DNA of 64,000 nt, taken from contig CALINO010000034.1 of the NCBI GenBank assembly GCA_938045295.1, positions 5,334 to 69,333 of the forward strand. Direction: 5' to 3'. The DNA is from an uncultured Arenicella sp. GTDB lineage: Bacteria > Pseudomonadota > Gammaproteobacteria > Arenicellales > Arenicellaceae. Of this stretch, positions 60,367 through 64,000 are shown piece by piece. The number at the start of each line of letters is the position of its first letter. Position 1 is the stretch's first letter. The position numbers and the translations under genes are program-made. Under the pieces are notes generated by a model. The model saw only the letters and a program-made list of their open reading frames with translations, was not told where the DNA came from and searched no databases.

Positions 60367-63210
60367 GTGTTAGAAAAAATCACTATTCGCGGCGCACGCA
60401 CGCACAACCTCAAAGGCATTGACTTAGAACTGCCTCGTGACAAATTAATTGTGATCACCGGGTTGTCTGGTTCTGGCAAATCATCATTAGCCTTCGACAC
60501 CATCTATGCCGAGGGCCAGCGCCGTTACGTAGAGTCATTGTCAGCTTACGCACGCCAATTTTTAAGCTTGATGGAAAAGCCCGACGTGGATGTGATTGAA
60601 GGCTTAAGCCCCGCCATTTCCATCGAACAAAAAGCAACCTCGCACAACCCACGTTCAACCGTGGGTACCATCACTGAAATTTACGACTACCTGCGCCTTC
60701 TATTCGCCCGAGTTGGTGACCCGCGCTGCCCCGACCACCACGTTACCCTTGAAGCGCAAACCGTTAGCCAAATGGTGGATCAAACCATGGCCTTATCGGC
60801 AGGCACCAAGGTAATGTTGATGGCGCCGGTTGTGAAAAACCGCAAAGGCGAATTTTTAAATTTACTGGAAAGCATGCACGCTCAAGGGTTTGTGCGTGCA
60901 AGAGTGGACGGGCAAGTGATTGATTTATCTGAACCGCCCGCACTTAAAAAGAACTTCAAACACGACATTGACATCATCATTGACCGTTTGGTGATCAAAG
61001 AAGGCAACGAACAACGCATGGCGGAGTCTTTTGAAACCGCATTAGAGTTGGCCGAAGGCGTGGCCGAAGTCTTAGTGATGCCAAGCGATGATGAAGAAGA
61101 ACGCACATTGGTTTTTTCCAGCCGTTACGCTTGCCCGCATTGCGGGTACAGTTTAAGCGAACTGGAGCCACGACTGTTCTCATTCAACAACCCAGTGGGC
61201 GCTTGCTCAAGTTGCGATGGTTTAGGCACAAAACAATATTTTGACCCTGAACAAATCATCTTCGATAACACCTTAAGCTTGTCGCAAGGTGCCATCAAAG
61301 GCTGGGACCGGCGCAGCTTGTTTTACTTTCGCATGCTGCAAAACGTGGCCGACCATTACGGTTTCAGTGTCGACGACCCTCTTACTTCGCTCACTAAGAA
61401 ACAATACGAAAAAGTATTGTTTGGCAGTGGCGAAGAGACCATTGAATTCAATTACTTACGCAGCAAAGGTAAAGGCGTTACACGACACCATTCTTGGGAA
61501 GGCATTATTCCCAATATGGAACGCCGTTACCATGAAACCGAATCAAACAGCGTGCGTGAAGAGTTAGCCAAGTACATTAACTCGCAGACCTGCCCAGATT
61601 GTTCAGGCAGCCGTTTGCGTCTTGAGGCACGTAACGTATTCATTGCCGAAACCACCATTGACGACATAGTGACTCGCTCAATTGGTGATGCCCTCGCCTT
61701 TTTTGAAAGCTTGGCGTTGAGCGGTAATCGCGCGCAAATTGCGGAAAAAATTGTAAAAGAGATCCACGACCGTCTTGGCTTTCTGGTTAACGTGGGCTTG
61801 AACTATTTAAGTATGGATCGCTCGGCTGAAACCTTATCTGGCGGTGAAGCGCAACGTATTCGCTTGGCCTCACAAATTGGTTCAGGCTTAGTGGGTGTGA
61901 TGTACGTACTTGATGAACCCTCTATAGGCTTACATCAACGCGATAACGATCGATTAATTTCAACGCTGACGCATTTGCGTGACTTAGGCAACACCGTGAT
62001 TGTGGTTGAGCACGACGAAGACGCCATGCACCATGCCGACTACATTGTGGATATCGGCCCAGGAGCCGGTGTTCATGGCGGAAACATTGTCGCCGAAGGC
62101 ACCATTGAAGAAATTAAAAACAACCCGGACTCATTAACCGGTAAGTTTTTATCTGGCAAAGAAGCCATTGCTCTACCAGCAAAACGCTTGAGCAATAAAA
62201 ACGATGACGTAATCAGCATCAAGAAAGCCACGGGCAACAACTTAAAGAGCGTGTCGGTAGACATTCCCATGGGCGTATTTACTTGCGTCACCGGGGTTTC
62301 AGGCTCCGGTAAATCAACATTAATCAATAACACGCTCTACCCCGCTGCCGCGCGCCTTATTAACCGCAGCCGCATTGAAAGCGCACCGCACGACAGCATT
62401 GAAGGCTTGGATAAAATCGACAAAATTGTCGACATCAATCAAAGCCCCATTGGCCGAACTCCTCGTTCAAATCCAGCAACTTACACTCAACTCTTCACAC
62501 CAATTCGAGAACTTTTCTCCGGCACACCTGAAGCACGAGCGCGTGGTTACAAACCCGGGCGATTCTCTTTTAATGTAAAAGGTGGCCGTTGCGAAGCTTG
62601 TCAGGGCGACGGCTTAATCAAAGTTGAAATGCACTTCTTACCCGATATTTATGTGGCGTGTGATGTGTGCAAAGGCCAACGTTATAATCGTGAAACCTTA
62701 GACATTCGTTATAAAGGCCAAAACATTCACGACGTGCTGGACATGACCATTGAAGACGCAGTCGACTTCTTCAGTGCCGTGCCAAATATTCATAAGAAAT
62801 TGGAAACGTTGATGTCTGTGGGGCTGGGTTATATCAAACTCGGGCAAAGTGCCATTACCCTTTCTGGTGGCGAAGCACAGCGCATAAAACTGGCTCGTGA
62901 GCTGTCAAAGCGTGACACCGGTAACACACTCTACATATTGGATGAACCGACCACTGGCTTGCACTTTCACGACATACGCCAACTATTACAGGTGCTACAC
63001 ACCTTGCGCGACCACGGTAATACCGTAGTGGTGATTGAACATAATTTAGACGTGATTAAAACCGCTGATTGGATCATTGACCTTGGCCCAGAAGGCGGCA
63101 ACGGTGGCGGCACCATTGTGGCGCAAGGCACACCTGAACAAGTGGCCAGCACTAAGGGCTCATACACCGGGCATTATTTAGCGCCACTGCTGGTTGCTAA
63201 AACAGGTTAA
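60367..63210 (+). CDS. uvrA: Excinuclease ABC subunit A
   Basis: [22 protein letters not shown], two LSGGEAQR signatures, GVSGSGKST, zinc fingers. Confidence 0.98.
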   Translation: MLEKITIRGARTHNLKGIDLELPRDKLIVITGLSGSGKSSLAFDTIYAEGQRRYVESLSAYARQFLSLMEKPDVDVIEGLSPAISIEQKATSHNPRSTVGTITEIYDYLRLLFARVGDPRCPDHHVTLEAQTVSQMVDQTMALSAGTKVMLMAPVVKNRKGEFLNLLESMHAQGFVRARVDGQVIDLSEPPALKKNFKHDIDIIIDRLVIKEGNEQRMAESFETALELAEGVAEVLVMPSDDEEERTLVFSSRYACPHCGYSLSELEPRLFSFNNPVGACSSCDGLGTKQYFDPEQIIFDNTLSLSQGAIKGWDRRSLFYFRMLQNVADHYGFSVDDPLTSLTKKQYEKVLFGSGEETIEFNYLRSKGKGVTRHHSWEGIIPNMERRYHETESNSVREELAKYINSQTCPDCSGSRLRLEARNVFIAETTIDDIVTRSIGDALAFFESLALSGNRAQIAEKIVKEIHDRLGFLVNVGLNYLSMDRSAETLSGGEAQRIRLASQIGSGLVGVMYVLDEPSIGLHQRDNDRLISTLTHLRDLGNTVIVVEHDEDAMHHADYIVDIGPGAGVHGGNIVAEGTIEEIKNNPDSLTGKFLSGKEAIALPAKRLSNKNDDVISIKKATGNNLKSVSVDIPMGVFTCVTGVSGSGKSTLINNTLYPAAARLINRSRIESAPHDSIEGLDKIDKIVDINQSPIGRTPRSNPATYTQLFTPIRELFSGTPEARARGYKPGRFSFNVKGGRCEACQGDGLIKVEMHFLPDIYVACDVCKGQRYNRETLDIRYKGQNIHDVLDMTIEDAVDFFSAVPNIHKKLETLMSVGLGYIKLGQSAITLSGGEAQRIKLARELSKRDTGNTLYILDEPTTGLHFHDIRQLLQVLHTLRDHGNTVVVIEHNLDVIKTADWIIDLGPEGGNGGGTIVAQGTPEQVASTKGSYTGHYLAPLLVAKTG

Positions 63211-63214
63211 TGAC

Positions 63215-63958
63215 TCATTGGCCAATCACGGCAACTAAACGCTTAAAAGAAAATGGTTGAACTAATAAAGAAATTTGACTTGGTAATGCTTTAATCGCTC
63301 TTAATTGCTTAACGGCAAAAGGCGGTGCGGTTACTAAGATGTCCGCATTGGGGTACAGTTTCAATACAGAAAGCAGCATTTTTAAACTGCTTTCATCCAC
63401 CTCTTGTAGGTTGAGTGCAATATACGAAACATCGCTACCGTCTTTATAGTTTAAAAGCTCGTGAGCCTCATTGAAAAGCACCACATCATCAAAGTAAGCT
63501 CTTTGAAATTTGAGATACAACTGACGGTACAAGTTTGAGCTTTCCAATACCAACATTTTTCCATGGCGTTGCTGTTTTTCAATGGGGGCAGACTTAACGG
63601 CTTCTTCTTTTTTGGGGAAGGCACTAATAAGCTGCTCTAAGTCCCACGGCTTAGTAACAATCGTGACTGCCTGCACGTCGTGTAGCTGTTGCTTTAATTC
63701 TTCGGTTACCGGCAACCCTGTGAGCATCATCAGTTTAGAGTCTGGTGCATGCTGACCACACCAATTCAATAAATCGTGGCCTTTAACGTCAGGCATCAGC
63801 TCATCAGTTATGATTACGTCGAAAACTTCCCCGCTGCTAATCATTGACTTTGCATCAGAACCCGATTCGGAAACACACACTTCATAATCGTCTTCCAATG
63901 CCGCAGTTAGCGCCCGTAACACCTTTGGCTCATCATCAACTAATAAAATTTTACCCAT
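63215..63958 (-). CDS. Response regulator: intact receiver plus a degenerate second receiver-like domain
   Basis: LLVDDEP, IITDELMP, MLTG, TKPW in the N-terminal domain; the C-terminal half repeats the pattern as LVLESS, IALNL, LVTA, VQPF. No recognisable output domain. Confidence 0.8.
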   Translation of the reverse strand: MGKILLVDDEPKVLRALTAALEDDYEVCVSESGSDAKSMISSGEVFDVIITDELMPDVKGHDLLNWCGQHAPDSKLMMLTGLPVTEELKQQLHDVQAVTIVTKPWDLEQLISAFPKKEEAVKSAPIEKQQRHGKMLVLESSNLYRQLYLKFQRAYFDDVVLFNEAHELLNYKDGSDVSYIALNLQEVDESSLKMLLSVLKLYPNADILVTAPPFAVKQLRAIKALPSQISLLVQPFSFKRLVAVIGQ

Positions 63959-64000
63959 CGACCTTTCCCCTATTTAAACACCCTCATTAAACTGAAACAG

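Overview
A gene-dense, mostly housekeeping chromosomal window from a proteobacterium. Gene order and sequence style suggest a marine, deep-branching gammaproteobacterium; this is an impression, not a database result. Left to right: the 3' end of a probable btuB and a cobamide salvage cluster (cobO, cobQ, btuC/D-like ABC, cobU, cobT, btuF-like, cobS, cobC); a peptidoglycan-binding/SH3 lipoprotein and a membrane-anchored TPR/Sel1 protein; a class III PPK2; a complete ccmABCDEFGHI operon (ccmD is absent from the ORF track but present); flavin reductase, HIT, tadA, ppsR/ppsA, MarC, MscS; smc-zipA-ligA-GNAT; PhyH dioxygenase, yjdM/phnA, orn, pterin dehydratase; the rlmB-rnr-purA-hisZ-hflCKX-hfq-miaA-mutL-amiB-tsaE-queG block, interrupted by a secreted MMP-like (M10A) metalloprotease; a methyltransferase, acyl-CoA dehydrogenase, ssb, MFS transporter, uvrA; and a receiver/pseudo-receiver regulator. 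I saw no rRNA, tRNA, CRISPR array or transposase. The best leads are the inserted protease, the lipoprotein/TPR-Sel1 envelope pair, the tandem-receiver protein and several short tandem duplications. Nothing here is a demonstrated new system.
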